From Dehalococcoidia bacterium (GTDB lineage Bacteria; Chloroflexota; Dehalococcoidia; Lucifugimonadales; UBA3495), in NCBI GenBank assembly GCA_965204905.1, contig OZ242042.1, positions 4,012,891 through 4,076,890 of the forward strand: 64,000 bases of DNA, in the 5' to 3' direction. Shown in pieces: positions 9,253 through 19,107 of the stretch; position 1 is the first letter of the stretch; every line of letters starts with the position of its first letter. A program made the position numbers and the translations under genes. The notes beneath the pieces are model-generated. The model saw only the letters and a program-made list of their open reading frames with translations. It was not told the origin of the DNA and did not search any database.

Positions 9253-9927
9253 CTAGAAGGCGCGGGGCGGCAGGATGCGGCGGTACACGCCGGGCGAACC
9301 GTGGGCGTGCCCGTAGGAACCGCCGATGTACTCGTGCATCCGGTCCTGCTTGCGCTGGTTCTCCCACGCGAGGGTTTCCGGCACTTTCTCGTGCTCGAAC
9401 TCGTACATGGTGAGGTACTTGGGACTGCCCTCGACGACATGGTAGCGACGCACGTGCAGACAGCCGGGGATTTGCAGGTTGGCCGGCGTGCGCTCGTTGT
9501 CGTAGTACCAGTTGTACTTCTCTTCGATGTCCGCCGGCACGTCCATGCGACCGATTTGCAAGGCGGGGGCCATGCCGCGACCGAGAGTGTCCGGGTCGCT
9601 TTCGGCCGGGTAAATTTGGGTGCAGACCAGGCGCTGGGTGCCGCGTCCCACGACGTTGGGGGACATGCGCTTGGTCCAGTCGGTGGGGTTCTCGCTCATG
9701 TGCTGGTATTCTGGGGTCTGCAAAGCATCCACCGATTCCAGCTCATACACGGCCAGATAGCGCGGGCCGCCGCGCAGGGCCTCGTAGCGAGCGGCGTTCA
9801 GGAATCCTGGGGCGCTCAACCGCTCGGGGACGTGTTCCTCGTTGTACCAAGCGTTGAATTCGGCGTCGTGCTCAACGTCAACATCGGCATAGACCACCAA
9901 CAGGGCGGTACCTTTTCTCTTGACCAT
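9253..9927 (-). CDS. Tandem EthD-like (dimeric alpha+beta barrel) domain protein
   Basis: Duplicated unit FNAWYNEEHVPERLSAPGFLNAARY / YNWYYDNERTPANLQIPGCLHVRRY, each followed by P(R/K)YLxxYE; ATG 9927 follows GGAGGTG. Confidence 0.7.
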   Translation of the reverse strand: MVKRKGTALLVVYADVDVEHDAEFNAWYNEEHVPERLSAPGFLNAARYEALRGGPRYLAVYELESVDALQTPEYQHMSENPTDWTKRMSPNVVGRGTQRLVCTQIYPAESDPDTLGRGMAPALQIGRMDVPADIEEKYNWYYDNERTPANLQIPGCLHVRRYHVVEGSPKYLTMYEFEHEKVPETLAWENQRKQDRMHEYIGGSYGHAHGSPGVYRRILPPRAF

Positions 9928-10008
9928 ATTGCCACCTCCGCGTGCGGCGTCATTAAAGCACAAATTGCTGTACTATGTGGGCGCTGAGCATAGGAGGCAT
10001 AATCTACC

Positions 10009-10386
10009 ATGGGCGTCTTTGAAACGACGGTTTCAATAGGCAATATCGAGGGCGGCGACCGAGCGGAGATGGTGGCGATGGTTGACACCGGAGCGTCGGA
10101 TTCCATGTTCCCCGCGTCCCTGCTGGAGTATCTCCACGTGCATCCGCGTGCCCAGGTCGATTACGTCCTTGCCGACGGGAGCGAGGTGACCTACGGGCGC
10201 GGGCAGGCGCACGTCACCATCGACGACCGGGACGGAATCTGCCCGGTCATTTTTGGCCCGGAGGGCGACGACAACTGCCTGATCGGCGCAACTACGCTGC
10301 AAATTTTGATGTTCACGGTGGACTCGGTCAACGAGACGCTGATACCGACCAGCAAAGGCAGACTGGGCTACGGTGGCAATCTGTAA
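10009..10386 (+). CDS. Retropepsin-like (clan AA) aspartyl protease
   Basis: AMVDTGAS catalytic motif and LIGATTLQ. Confidence 0.82.
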   Translation: MGVFETTVSIGNIEGGDRAEMVAMVDTGASDSMFPASLLEYLHVHPRAQVDYVLADGSEVTYGRGQAHVTIDDRDGICPVIFGPEGDDNCLIGATTLQILMFTVDSVNETLIPTSKGRLGYGGNL

Positions 10387-10418
10387 TGCGCCGTAGCTGA
10401 AGAGAGGAGCAGGTTAAA

Positions 10419-10931
10419 ATGCCAAGAGCGACGATTAACATAGCGAAACCGGAGGGGCAGGCGCTGGTGGGGTCAACGTGGCGGTATGCCACCGGATACA
10501 TTCCGGGGGCGGAGAATGGCGGGCTGGTATTCGAGCAGACGGGCGGCAGCCCGGCGCGGCTGCCCGACTACGACGATTCGGGCTGGGAGATTTGCGACGA
10601 CCTGCCGGGTCGCGTATCCGGCGGGTTCGGGTTCGCATGGTACCGGACGACGATCACCATCCCCGAGACGGTGGACGGACATCCCACCGGCGGGATGCGG
10701 GTGCAGTTCGAGACCTGCGTGGACGACCACGGCGAAATCTGGGTCGATGGCGAGTGCAACCGGGAGCGCGGAACGGTGCAGGGATTCAACGTGTCTCAGC
10801 GGGTGCCCGTTACGGCGGACGCTCAGCCGGGGAACCAACACACCATCGCCATTCTGGCGATCAACGGGCCGATAGGAGACCCGTTCGGCACGGTGTTCGT
10901 GCGCTACGCGCAATTGGGATTCGAGTTTTAG
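10419..10931 (+). CDS. Hypothetical protein with a galactose-binding-like jelly-roll (resembles GH2 sugar-binding domain)
   Basis: PDYDDSGW, AWYRTTITIP, VDDHGEIWVDG, GNQHTIAILAIN. Confidence 0.6.
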   Translation: MPRATINIAKPEGQALVGSTWRYATGYIPGAENGGLVFEQTGGSPARLPDYDDSGWEICDDLPGRVSGGFGFAWYRTTITIPETVDGHPTGGMRVQFETCVDDHGEIWVDGECNRERGTVQGFNVSQRVPVTADAQPGNQHTIAILAINGPIGDPFGTVFVRYAQLGFEF

Positions 10932-10939
10932 GGGTTCTG

Positions 10940-11746
10940 ATGGCTGCTGTTGACTATTCCATGCTGGACAATCCCCGGGCGTCGGGGATGTCGTTCTACC
11001 CGCAACGGCATTGGACGGAGACGCCGGAGGGGGCGATTGATTGCGGGATCACCGTGGACGACGACGTGCGGCTGTCGGCTCGCTTCTTCCCGGTGGGTCT
11101 CGATAGTCCGACGGTGCTGTTCTTTTACGGCAACGGCGAGACGGCGGCCGGCTACGACGGCATCGCGCCGTTTTACAACCGGATCGGCGTGAACTTCTTC
11201 GTGGCGGACTACCGGGGATACGGCGTTTCCGATGGGTCGCCGGCGTTTACGCTGATGCTGTCGGACGCGCGCAAAGTGCTGGACTGGCTGCGGGAAACGA
11301 TGCAGAAATCGGGGTTCACCGGCCCGTTGTACGTGATGGGCCGCTCCATGGGCCGCCACGCGGCCTTTGAGCTGGCGGTCGAAGCGGCGGACCGCATCCA
11401 CGGGGTCATCATCGAGAGTGGCCGGCCGAACCTGGCGCGGTTCACGATGGGGCTGGACGCGGCAGAAGCGCAGGCGCTGGAGGACGCATACCACGCCAAG
11501 GCGCACTCCATCAGCATCCCCACGCTGGTGATTCACGGGGAGATGGACGAGCTGGCGCCGGTGCAGGACGCGGTGGCGATGCACGAGAACATCCGAGCCG
11601 AGGACAAGCGCCTGCTGGTGATTCCCGGCGCGGGTCACAACGACCTGATGTTTGTGGGAATGCGACAGTATTTCGAGGCGATCCGGCGGTTTGTGGCGCG
11701 GAACGACGGAGCGGAAGACCAGGGCGGTTCGGCTTCCGAAATCTAG
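10940..11746 (+). CDS. Alpha/beta hydrolase (ABHD17/BEM46-like)
   Basis: FFYGNGE, DYRGYGVSDG, MGRSMG, VIHGEMD, GAGHND. Confidence 0.85.
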   Translation: MAAVDYSMLDNPRASGMSFYPQRHWTETPEGAIDCGITVDDDVRLSARFFPVGLDSPTVLFFYGNGETAAGYDGIAPFYNRIGVNFFVADYRGYGVSDGSPAFTLMLSDARKVLDWLRETMQKSGFTGPLYVMGRSMGRHAAFELAVEAADRIHGVIIESGRPNLARFTMGLDAAEAQALEDAYHAKAHSISIPTLVIHGEMDELAPVQDAVAMHENIRAEDKRLLVIPGAGHNDLMFVGMRQYFEAIRRFVARNDGAEDQGGSASEI

Positions 11747-11882
11747 CCGGCAGCCACCGGGCGGCGCTCTCGCACGTACCCTGGTTGGGCCAAGCGGGTC
11801 GAGAGTGGGAATCGTGGATTGAATGGTCGGTTTGCCTCCTTTTGGTTGTCGGGTGCGGTGTCTGCCAGAGGTGATGGTGTGT

Positions 11883-11907
11883 CCTTCGACGGGCTCAGGA
11901 TGAGCGG
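11883..11907 (+). repeat. Repeat family D (CCTTCGACAGGCTCAGGATGAGCGG)
   Basis: Copies at 11883, 18101 and 56227, plus a partial at 56209. Confidence 0.7.
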
Positions 11908-12545
11908 GTCGGTGTCGGTGGTCGTTGTCAGCCCCACGGCCGAGGGGATTACGCATGGGTTTTTGCTCACTCAAGGTTTGGCGGACGGCGCACGGGGGAG
12001 GGTATTACCCCTCACTCCGACCCTCTTCCTCCAGAGGCGGACGTTTCGCCCGCAAGGGGAGAGGGAGTAGTGTCGGACGCCCAGCGTGTGAGCTGGCGCT
12101 GGCCCCGTTGCGACCACACCGGGTAGATGTTGACCGGACGCTGGTCCTGGCGGGGGCGGGTATGCGATTTTGGGTTCTGACGGGTTGGCCGTGTACGACC
12201 TTGGGGTATCACCTCTGGCAAGACGGTGGACTTGGTTGGTATTCGGTGTGCACGATATTATTATGGAACATGGGTACGGCATGGGTCAACGGGGCGGTGT
12301 CATCATTCGACCCCGTTAGCAGGCAGGCAATCCTTCCTTATGACGAGATTGCCACGCTGCGCTCGCAATGACAAACTGGGTACGCGTGAGGATTTGAACA
12401 AGGCGGTGTCATGGACGTGTTGGGCAGGTGTGAGGGGGCTGCCTTGACCGGCGGTTGGCGTGTGCTGTACTGTCCGCTTATCAGTTATTTATAGTGCGTT
12501 GGAGGCTTGCCGGGAGACTGATTCCGACGCAAATGAGGTGAATTG

Positions 12546-13598
12546 ATGGACTTCGGGATCAACGCAGACTTTACCATTGGCAGCCATCCCAACCACGGGG
12601 CGGCGCTGCAAGCCGCGATGGAAGAGGTGGACCTGGCGGAAGAGCTAGGGTTGGACACGGTTTGGTTGGGCGAGATGCACTTCAACCCCAACCGCTCGGT
12701 GCTGTCCGCTCCTATCGTGATCGCCAGCTCAATCGCCACGCGGACGAAGAACCTGCGGGTCGGGATGGCGGTGCAGGTGCTGCCGCTGATCCATCCGCTG
12801 CGCATCGCGGAGGAAGCGGCTACGGTGGACCAGCTGAGCCAGGGACGGTTCGAGTTCGGCATCGGGCGCAGTGGGAACGTGCGGGCCTACGACATCATGG
12901 GCATCGACTATGGCGAGAGCCGGGAGCGGTTCCAGGAGGCGCTGGACATTATCCTGATGGCGTGGTCGGGCGAGACATTCTCCTACGAGGGCAAGTACAA
13001 CACCATCACCAACGCCACGCTGTCGCCGCTGCCCTACCAGCAGCCCCATCCCAAGGTCCGCATCGCCGCCAGCAGCGACGACAGTTTCGGACGCATCGGC
13101 CGGTTAGGGCATCCCATATTCCTGGGGCTGCGGGCGATGGACGTTGAGGACCTGAAGAACAACCTGGAGGACTACAAGTCCGAATGGCAAGCAGCCGGGC
13201 ACGAAGGCGATAGCGGCGACATCAACGTGCGGTTTCCCATGTATATTGCCCCCAGCGAATCCGAGGCCATCGAGGAACCCAAGGAGAGCATCGAGGCGTT
13301 CTTCAACCGGCAGCGGGAACTGTTCGAGTATTCGCTGGGGCGGGCCGGCGTCGCGGCTCCGGAACGGCGCCGGGAACGCTACGAGAAGCTGCGGAACTCC
13401 ACCTACGAGGACCTGCTGCAAACGCGGGTCGTGTTCGGCAGTCCGGAGCAGGTCATCGACCGCATCCATGAGTTCAAGGAGATGCTGGGCGTATCCGGCA
13501 TAACGGCCGAGTTGAATCCGGGAGGCTTTCTGCCCAAGGAGGCGGTGCATCGGAGCCTGAAGCTGTTGACTGAGGAAGTGATGCCGGCGTTTAAGTGA
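12546..13598 (+). CDS. LLM-class flavin-dependent oxidoreductase (luciferase-like)
   Basis: VWLGEMHF, LPLIHPLRIAEEAATVDQLSQGRFEFGIGR, PYQQPHP, EVMPAF. Confidence 0.92.
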   Translation: MDFGINADFTIGSHPNHGAALQAAMEEVDLAEELGLDTVWLGEMHFNPNRSVLSAPIVIASSIATRTKNLRVGMAVQVLPLIHPLRIAEEAATVDQLSQGRFEFGIGRSGNVRAYDIMGIDYGESRERFQEALDIILMAWSGETFSYEGKYNTITNATLSPLPYQQPHPKVRIAASSDDSFGRIGRLGHPIFLGLRAMDVEDLKNNLEDYKSEWQAAGHEGDSGDINVRFPMYIAPSESEAIEEPKESIEAFFNRQRELFEYSLGRAGVAAPERRRERYEKLRNSTYEDLLQTRVVFGSPEQVIDRIHEFKEMLGVSGITAELNPGGFLPKEAVHRSLKLLTEEVMPAFK

Positions 13599-13605
13599 CA
13601 ACGTC

Positions 13606-13695
13606 TGTCATTGCGAGAGCGTAGCGACGTGGCAGTCCCTTTACGTCACAGCGGCTCAAGCCCAACGGGATTGCCTCGCTGCGCTCGCAATGACA
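13606..13695. repeat. Inverted pair of family B repeats (REPIN/RPE-like)
   Basis: TGTCATTGCGAG ... CTCGCAATGACA flanking a spacer. Confidence 0.8.
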
Positions 13696-13759
13696 AGGGA
13701 GAATGAGGCCGCCTTGCGCCTTTATGCCGGCCCGGTTTGACGAGAGGAGGTGAAGGACC

Positions 13760-15217
13760 ATGCCAGCGCGCACCGGACAGGAATACATCGCCGGCCTGAG
13801 AGACCGACCCCGGGAGGTGTGGATTGAAGGCGAGCGGGTGGACGACGTGACCACGCACCCGGGCCTGCGCAATGGGGTCAAGGCGGTGGCCGCCCTGTAT
13901 GACATGCAGCACGACGCGGCGTTGCGGGAGGAGATGACCTTTGCCTCGCCGGCGACGGGCGATCCGGTGGGCCTGTCCTTCCAGATTCCGCGCACGGTGG
14001 ATGACCTGATCCGCAAACGGGAGATGATGTCCCGCTGGGCGTGGGCCAGTTGCGGGATGATGGGGCGCTCGCCGGACTTCATGAACTCGATCTTCACCGC
14101 GTGGGCCGGGTCGGCGGACTACTTCGCGCAGGACCGGCCGGAGTTCAAGCAGAACGTGCTGGACTACCACGAGTTTCTGCGGGAGAACGACGTCACGCTG
14201 ACTCACGCGCTGGTGAATCTGCAACGCAGCCGCACGCCGGCTGCGGCGGACAACCTGACCGAGAACATCGCGCTCACCGCTATCAAGCAGACCGATGCCG
14301 GCCTGGTGGTGCGAGGGAGCCGGGTGCTGGCGACGCTGGGCCCCATCTCTGATGAGATCGCCATCTATCCGGTGGCTAGCCACCGGATAGCCGATGACGA
14401 CTGGAAGCACTCGTTCTCGTTTTCCATCCCGTGCGACACTCCCGGCGTGAAGTTCCTGTGCCGGGAGAGCTTTGACGTGGGACGGTCCCATTACGACCAC
14501 CCGCTGGGCTCCCGGTTCGAGGAGATGGACACGGTGGTGTTCTTCGATGACGTGCTGGTGCCGTGGGAGCGGGTTTTCCTGCTGGGCAACGTGGAGTTGT
14601 GCAACGGCTACGGTACAGGGACGATGTCCAACGCGCACACCGGCTACCAGGTGTTGAACCGCTGCCTGGTCAAGGCCGAGTTCGTGCTGGGGCTGGCGGA
14701 CCTGATGGTGGAAACGCTGGGGTCGGGGTCGATTCCGCACGTGCAGGAGCAGGTGGCGGAGCTGATCACGTACCGGGACATGCTGCGGGCCTGCCTGCGC
14801 GCTGCGGAGGCCGACGCGAGGCCCAACCAGTGGGGCATGATGTGTCCGGCGATGGGGCCGATCCAGGCGGGGCGCACGCTGTTCGGCAGGACGGTGTATC
14901 CGCGCATGATCGAGATCGTGCAGATGCTGGGCACCAGCAGCCTGATGGCGCTGCCGGCGGAGGCGGACTTTGACACGGGCATCGCGCCGGAGATCAACCG
15001 GTACCTGTCCACCGAGACCACCGACGCCTGGGAGCGGGCCAAGCTGTTTCATTTGGCGTGGGACGTGTCGTGCAGTTCGTTCAGCGGGCGGCAGGTGCTC
15101 TACGAGCGGATGTTTGGCGGCAATCCGGTGCGGAACGCGATGATGCTGTTCAGCAACTATGACAAGGAACCGTTCCGCGCGAAGGTGCGGGAGTTCCTTG
15201 ACTTGGAAGACGACTAG
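13760..15217 (+). CDS. hpaB: 4-hydroxyphenylacetate 3-monooxygenase oxygenase component (group D flavin monooxygenase)
   Basis: GMMGRSPDFMN, LATLGP, DHPLGSRFEEMD, FFDDVLVPWERVF, GRQVLYE; exact substrate uncertain. Confidence 0.88.
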   Translation: MPARTGQEYIAGLRDRPREVWIEGERVDDVTTHPGLRNGVKAVAALYDMQHDAALREEMTFASPATGDPVGLSFQIPRTVDDLIRKREMMSRWAWASCGMMGRSPDFMNSIFTAWAGSADYFAQDRPEFKQNVLDYHEFLRENDVTLTHALVNLQRSRTPAAADNLTENIALTAIKQTDAGLVVRGSRVLATLGPISDEIAIYPVASHRIADDDWKHSFSFSIPCDTPGVKFLCRESFDVGRSHYDHPLGSRFEEMDTVVFFDDVLVPWERVFLLGNVELCNGYGTGTMSNAHTGYQVLNRCLVKAEFVLGLADLMVETLGSGSIPHVQEQVAELITYRDMLRACLRAAEADARPNQWGMMCPAMGPIQAGRTLFGRTVYPRMIEIVQMLGTSSLMALPAEADFDTGIAPEINRYLSTETTDAWERAKLFHLAWDVSCSSFSGRQVLYERMFGGNPVRNAMMLFSNYDKEPFRAKVREFLDLEDD

Positions 15218-15240
15218 TAGGAACACTCTTCGTACCCAAT

Positions 15241-15325
15241 TGTCATCGCGAGGAGCGGAGCGACGCGGCGATCTCGGCGCTGACCCTTACCTCGACGAGA
15301 TTGCCGCGCTTCGCTCGCAATGACA
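15241..15325. repeat. Inverted pair of family B repeats
   Basis: TGTCATCGCGAG ... CTCGCAATGACA. Confidence 0.8.
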
Positions 15326-15383
15326 GTTCGAGCGCATATAGGTACTCGTGAAGGCCGTTACAAGACTCAAAGGAGGCAAGAAG

Positions 15384-15863
15384 ATGTCGTACACGCCGAA
15401 GCATCTTGGACACCTGGTAATGCGGGTGCGGGATATGGAACGCTCGCTGGACTTCTACACGCAGGTGATGGGATTGACCATCATGGAGCGGTCGCCCAGC
15501 GGGACGGTGTTCATGTCGGCGAACACCGAGAAGTCGCACGAGCTTGCGATTCGGGCCATCGGGATGGATGCGGCCGGTCCCGACCACAGCATCATCGGGC
15601 AGGCACACATGGCCTGGCAGATGGAGACCTTTGAGGACCTACAGGAACTATATGACCGGTTGGTTGAGAACGACGTGCGCATCCAGCGGATCAGCGACCA
15701 CGGCGTTTCGCTGGGCGTGTACCTGCTGGATCCCGACGACAACGAGATCGAGGTCTATTACGAGATGCCCAGAGAGAAGTGGGAGCGGCATCCGGAGCGG
15801 GGGCTGTTCGGCGGCACCTTCCCGCTGAAGCTCCGGGAAACAGTGGGGGCAGCGGACGACTGA
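15384..15863 (+). CDS. VOC/glyoxalase family protein (extradiol dioxygenase-like single domain)
   Basis: LGHLVMRVRD, HMAWQ, DHGVSLGVYLLDPDDNEIEVY; ATG 15384 follows AGGAGG. Confidence 0.85.
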   Translation: MSYTPKHLGHLVMRVRDMERSLDFYTQVMGLTIMERSPSGTVFMSANTEKSHELAIRAIGMDAAGPDHSIIGQAHMAWQMETFEDLQELYDRLVENDVRIQRISDHGVSLGVYLLDPDDNEIEVYYEMPREKWERHPERGLFGGTFPLKLRETVGAADD

Positions 15864-15929
15864 CCGGACTCTTTCAATACAGGTCCGGCCTAATCGTCCG
15901 CTACGATAGCCGCCGCGGGAATATCGGCC

Positions 15930-17228
15930 TTAATCGTCCGCCACCACCGCTTCCGCAGGAATGTCGGCGGGGCCGTTGACCTGGGCCACGTAGGGCTTGC
16001 CGGTGGCGGGATCGACCTCGAAGGGGCCGGGCAGCTCCAGTTCGTCGGCGATTTCGCGGACGGCGGGCAGCACTTCCTGTCCCATGAGGCGCAGGCTGCG
16101 CATGGCGTCGTCGTGGGTCATCGCGCCGTCGCCGTCCCAGAAGAAGATGCTGCCGGGGCGGATGGTCTCCAGCACGTGGCGGATCTTGGGGATGACGGTC
16201 TTGGGGGTGCCGGAGATGATGGTATAGTCGGCGACCTGCTGCTCGTAGGGGCGAGACAGGACACCGCCAGGGCCGGCGCTGCCGCCACGGGCCGCAGTCG
16301 CCACGTCCCGGGTGGGCAGGACGCGCCGGCGGGAGGTCAGGCCGGGCAATTGCAACAGCGCCTGGTTGGTGGTGCCTTCGTTGCCGGCCAGGAAGGGGTT
16401 GCTGGGCCCCTGCACGTACTTGCGGCCGGTCTGTTCGGCAAGTTCCTCGGTCTCGTCCACGTGGACCTTCCACAGGTAGCCGATGTTCTGGGGGCCGGAC
16501 TCGTAGCCCAGCTCGGCGGCGCGGTCGTGGTAGAGCTGGAAAGCCGCCTTGGTAGGCTCCATCTCGGTGGCGAGCATGATGTAGGGGATGCGCTCTTCGG
16601 CGGCCCACATCAGGGAGTCGCGGCTGACGACGCCGGGGAGCCAGATGGGCGGATGGGGCTTCTGGTAGGGGCGGACCCAGGGGTTGACGTGGCGGAAGTG
16701 GTAGTGCTTGCCCTCCCAGCGGAAGGGGCCGGGAGTGGTCCACGCCTTGACGATGAGCTCGTGGGCTTCCTTGAAGCGCTCCCAATTGTAGTGGGGTTCC
16801 ACGTTGTGGGACACGCTCTCGCGCCCGGTGCCGCGCACCCAGCCGGATACCAGGCGGCCGCGGGAGATCATGTCGATCATGGCGAGTTGCTCGACCAGCC
16901 AGAGGGGGTCGTCCCAGATGGGGATGATGTTGCCCAGCAGGACAATCTTGGCGCGCTGGGTGATGCGGGCCAGGATGGAGGCCTCGACGTTCATCGCGCC
17001 GCCCATGCAGAATGGGGTGCTGTGGTGCTCGTTGAGCATGAGGCCGTCGAATCCCATCTCCTCGGCGTAGATTTTCTCGTCGAGGTAGCGGTTGTAGAGG
17101 TTGGAGCCGAGCTGAGCGTCATAGATTTCGTTGCTGACGTTCAGGTCCATGATGGACTTGCCGGTTGCCCCGAAGTATCCGGACTTGGGGTCCTGGTACG
17201 GCCTTTCGGTGAAGTATCCGATGAACAT
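15930..17228 (-). CDS. LLM-class flavin-dependent oxidoreductase
   Basis: GLMLNEHHSTP, AMIDMISRGRLVSGWVRG, PYQKPHPPIW, EVLPAVR. Confidence 0.9.
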   Translation of the reverse strand: MFIGYFTERPYQDPKSGYFGATGKSIMDLNVSNEIYDAQLGSNLYNRYLDEKIYAEEMGFDGLMLNEHHSTPFCMGGAMNVEASILARITQRAKIVLLGNIIPIWDDPLWLVEQLAMIDMISRGRLVSGWVRGTGRESVSHNVEPHYNWERFKEAHELIVKAWTTPGPFRWEGKHYHFRHVNPWVRPYQKPHPPIWLPGVVSRDSLMWAAEERIPYIMLATEMEPTKAAFQLYHDRAAELGYESGPQNIGYLWKVHVDETEELAEQTGRKYVQGPSNPFLAGNEGTTNQALLQLPGLTSRRRVLPTRDVATAARGGSAGPGGVLSRPYEQQVADYTIISGTPKTVIPKIRHVLETIRPGSIFFWDGDGAMTHDDAMRSLRLMGQEVLPAVREIADELELPGPFEVDPATGKPYVAQVNGPADIPAEAVVADD

Positions 17229-17282
17229 GTTGGGTCTCCTTGTGGCTCCGGGTACGGGCGGATTTTAGCACAGGGACGGTCG

Positions 17283-18083
17283 CTATTGTTCGGGTCTGAC
17301 TCGCTCTACCAGGTCCCGCAATGTTGCAACCGCCTGGGGTACGTCGCGGGCGATGACCGCTTTGTCGAGGGGCAGGTGCTCGTGGCTGTAGAGGGCTGCG
17401 CCGCCGAACTCGGTGAGGTAGCGGTGTTCTTCGCCCGGCATCGGGACATCGTCCGGTATTATCCGGTGCTGCCGGATGCGTTCGGTGATGATGCGGAGGT
17501 TGTGGCCGCTGCCCCCGCTGGTCGGGTATTCGTACCCGTAGGCGCCCAGCACGGCCTTGTAGGCGTTTTCGAGAGCGTTCTGCGCTATGCGTCCGAGTTG
17601 CTTGTCCGAAAAGGTGGTGATGATTCCGGACTGAGCCAGAGCGGTCAGATCGTTGGCCGCGTTTATGGCGTCGTTGAGTTTGCCGTTGACGTCGTCCCAG
17701 TCTATTGACTCTTCGGGGGGTTCGGCTTGATCCGGGGGTTGGGGCATGATGGGTGATCCCTGCTTGGCGATGGAGTTGGCGAGGTTATTGCGCAGGTGGC
17801 GACGGGTGTCGAACTCCTGGGCCGTCATGCAGATGACGTCGATGCCGGAGGCTTCGGGCAGCTGGGCTTTTTGCAGCGTCCTGGCCTGGTCGCGCAGGTC
17901 TTCCAGCCAGTCCTCGGTGGGCTGTGGGTCTTTGATTATGAGGACGTCCACGTCCGAGTCGGGTCGGTGGTCGCCGCGGGCACGGGAGCCGAACAGGATG
18001 GTTTGCTCAGATTCGGCCATCCGGTGTACTGCGCGGGCGACTTCGAGGGCGCGCCGGTCCGCTTTGATGGTGTGGGAGGTCAT
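17283..18083 (-). CDS. Fused minimal nucleotidyltransferase (MNT) and HEPN-like domain protein
   Basis: ILFGSRARGDHRPDSDVDVLII at the N-terminus; AQNALENAYKAVL...GHNL HEPN-like C-terminus. Confidence 0.8.
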   Translation of the reverse strand: MTSHTIKADRRALEVARAVHRMAESEQTILFGSRARGDHRPDSDVDVLIIKDPQPTEDWLEDLRDQARTLQKAQLPEASGIDVICMTAQEFDTRRHLRNNLANSIAKQGSPIMPQPPDQAEPPEESIDWDDVNGKLNDAINAANDLTALAQSGIITTFSDKQLGRIAQNALENAYKAVLGAYGYEYPTSGGSGHNLRIITERIRQHRIIPDDVPMPGEEHRYLTEFGGAALYSHEHLPLDKAVIARDVPQAVATLRDLVERVRPEQ

Positions 18084-18170
18084 GGCTCTTCACGTTGGTG
18101 GTTCGACAAGCTCACCATGAGCGGGTCTTGGTGGTCGCATGAGCGGCTCGGGCGATTTTGAGCTGCCGGC

Positions 18171-18971
18171 TCAGGATGCGAGGAAGGGCTTGACGGTGGC
18201 GAGGAATTGGTCGGTTTTTTCGATGTGGGGGTTGTGGCCGCAGTTGTCGAAGATGGTTAGCCCGGAGCCGGGGATGGAGTCGTTGAAGACCTGGGCGGCG
18301 CTGACGGGGACGATTTCGTCTTCCCGGCCCCAGATGATCTGCGTGGGCAGGCGCTTGAGGCGGTGCAGGAGATTGGGCAGGCCGGGGTAGTGCATGTAGG
18401 GACGCCAGCTTAGTCGGCAGGCTTCCTCGCGGGAGATTTCCCACGCTTCGGCCAGCTCGGGGGAAACCTCGTCGGGGCAGACGTTCAGGAATTCCGGCGT
18501 GGCGGCGGTGTCGTAGAAGCCGGCGGTGAGGAACTCCTTGGCGACGGCGAGGAACATATCGTAAATTTCGCCCTCCGGCGGCCGGATGCCGGCGGGACTG
18601 ACCAATACCAGCTTGTTGAACGTGTCGGGGGACATGGCAGCCATTTCAGCGGCGAGCCAACCGCCGATTGAGAAGCCCATGAGGTTGGCGCCAGCGAGGC
18701 CGAGGTCGTCGATGGCTTCCAGGTACCAGCCGGCCAGGTCGCGCATGTTCATAATCCACTCCTGGCGTTCGGTTGAGCCGAAGCCGGGATGGGACGGTAT
18801 GTGGAGGGTGTAGTCCTGGGCCAGGGCGTCGTGGCAGCGGAGCCAACCCTGGTGTCCCAGCTCGCCGTGCAGGATGAGCAGGGGAGCGCCGGCGCCGCCC
18901 TTGACCATCTGGAGGCTGACGCCGGCCGCCTCTACGAATTCTTCCGTCCATGCTTGCGCGCCCGTCGCCAT
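18171..18971 (-). CDS. Alpha/beta fold hydrolase
   Basis: LILHGE, HPGFG, GFSIGG, IWGRED, CGHNPHIE; ATG 18971 follows GAGGAGG. Confidence 0.88.
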   Translation of the reverse strand: MATGAQAWTEEFVEAAGVSLQMVKGGAGAPLLILHGELGHQGWLRCHDALAQDYTLHIPSHPGFGSTERQEWIMNMRDLAGWYLEAIDDLGLAGANLMGFSIGGWLAAEMAAMSPDTFNKLVLVSPAGIRPPEGEIYDMFLAVAKEFLTAGFYDTAATPEFLNVCPDEVSPELAEAWEISREEACRLSWRPYMHYPGLPNLLHRLKRLPTQIIWGREDEIVPVSAAQVFNDSIPGSGLTIFDNCGHNPHIEKTDQFLATVKPFLAS

Positions 18972-19107
18972 GTGCCGTGACCTCCTCGTCTGCGGTTGGA
19001 TGGTTCTCCTGGGACTTACGGGGGCATGATAACACGGGGCCGGGTGGGAAACTCCCGACGGAGGAATGCGCAGGCGGCCTGCTCGCAGCGTCCGGGTTCT
19101 CTTCCCG

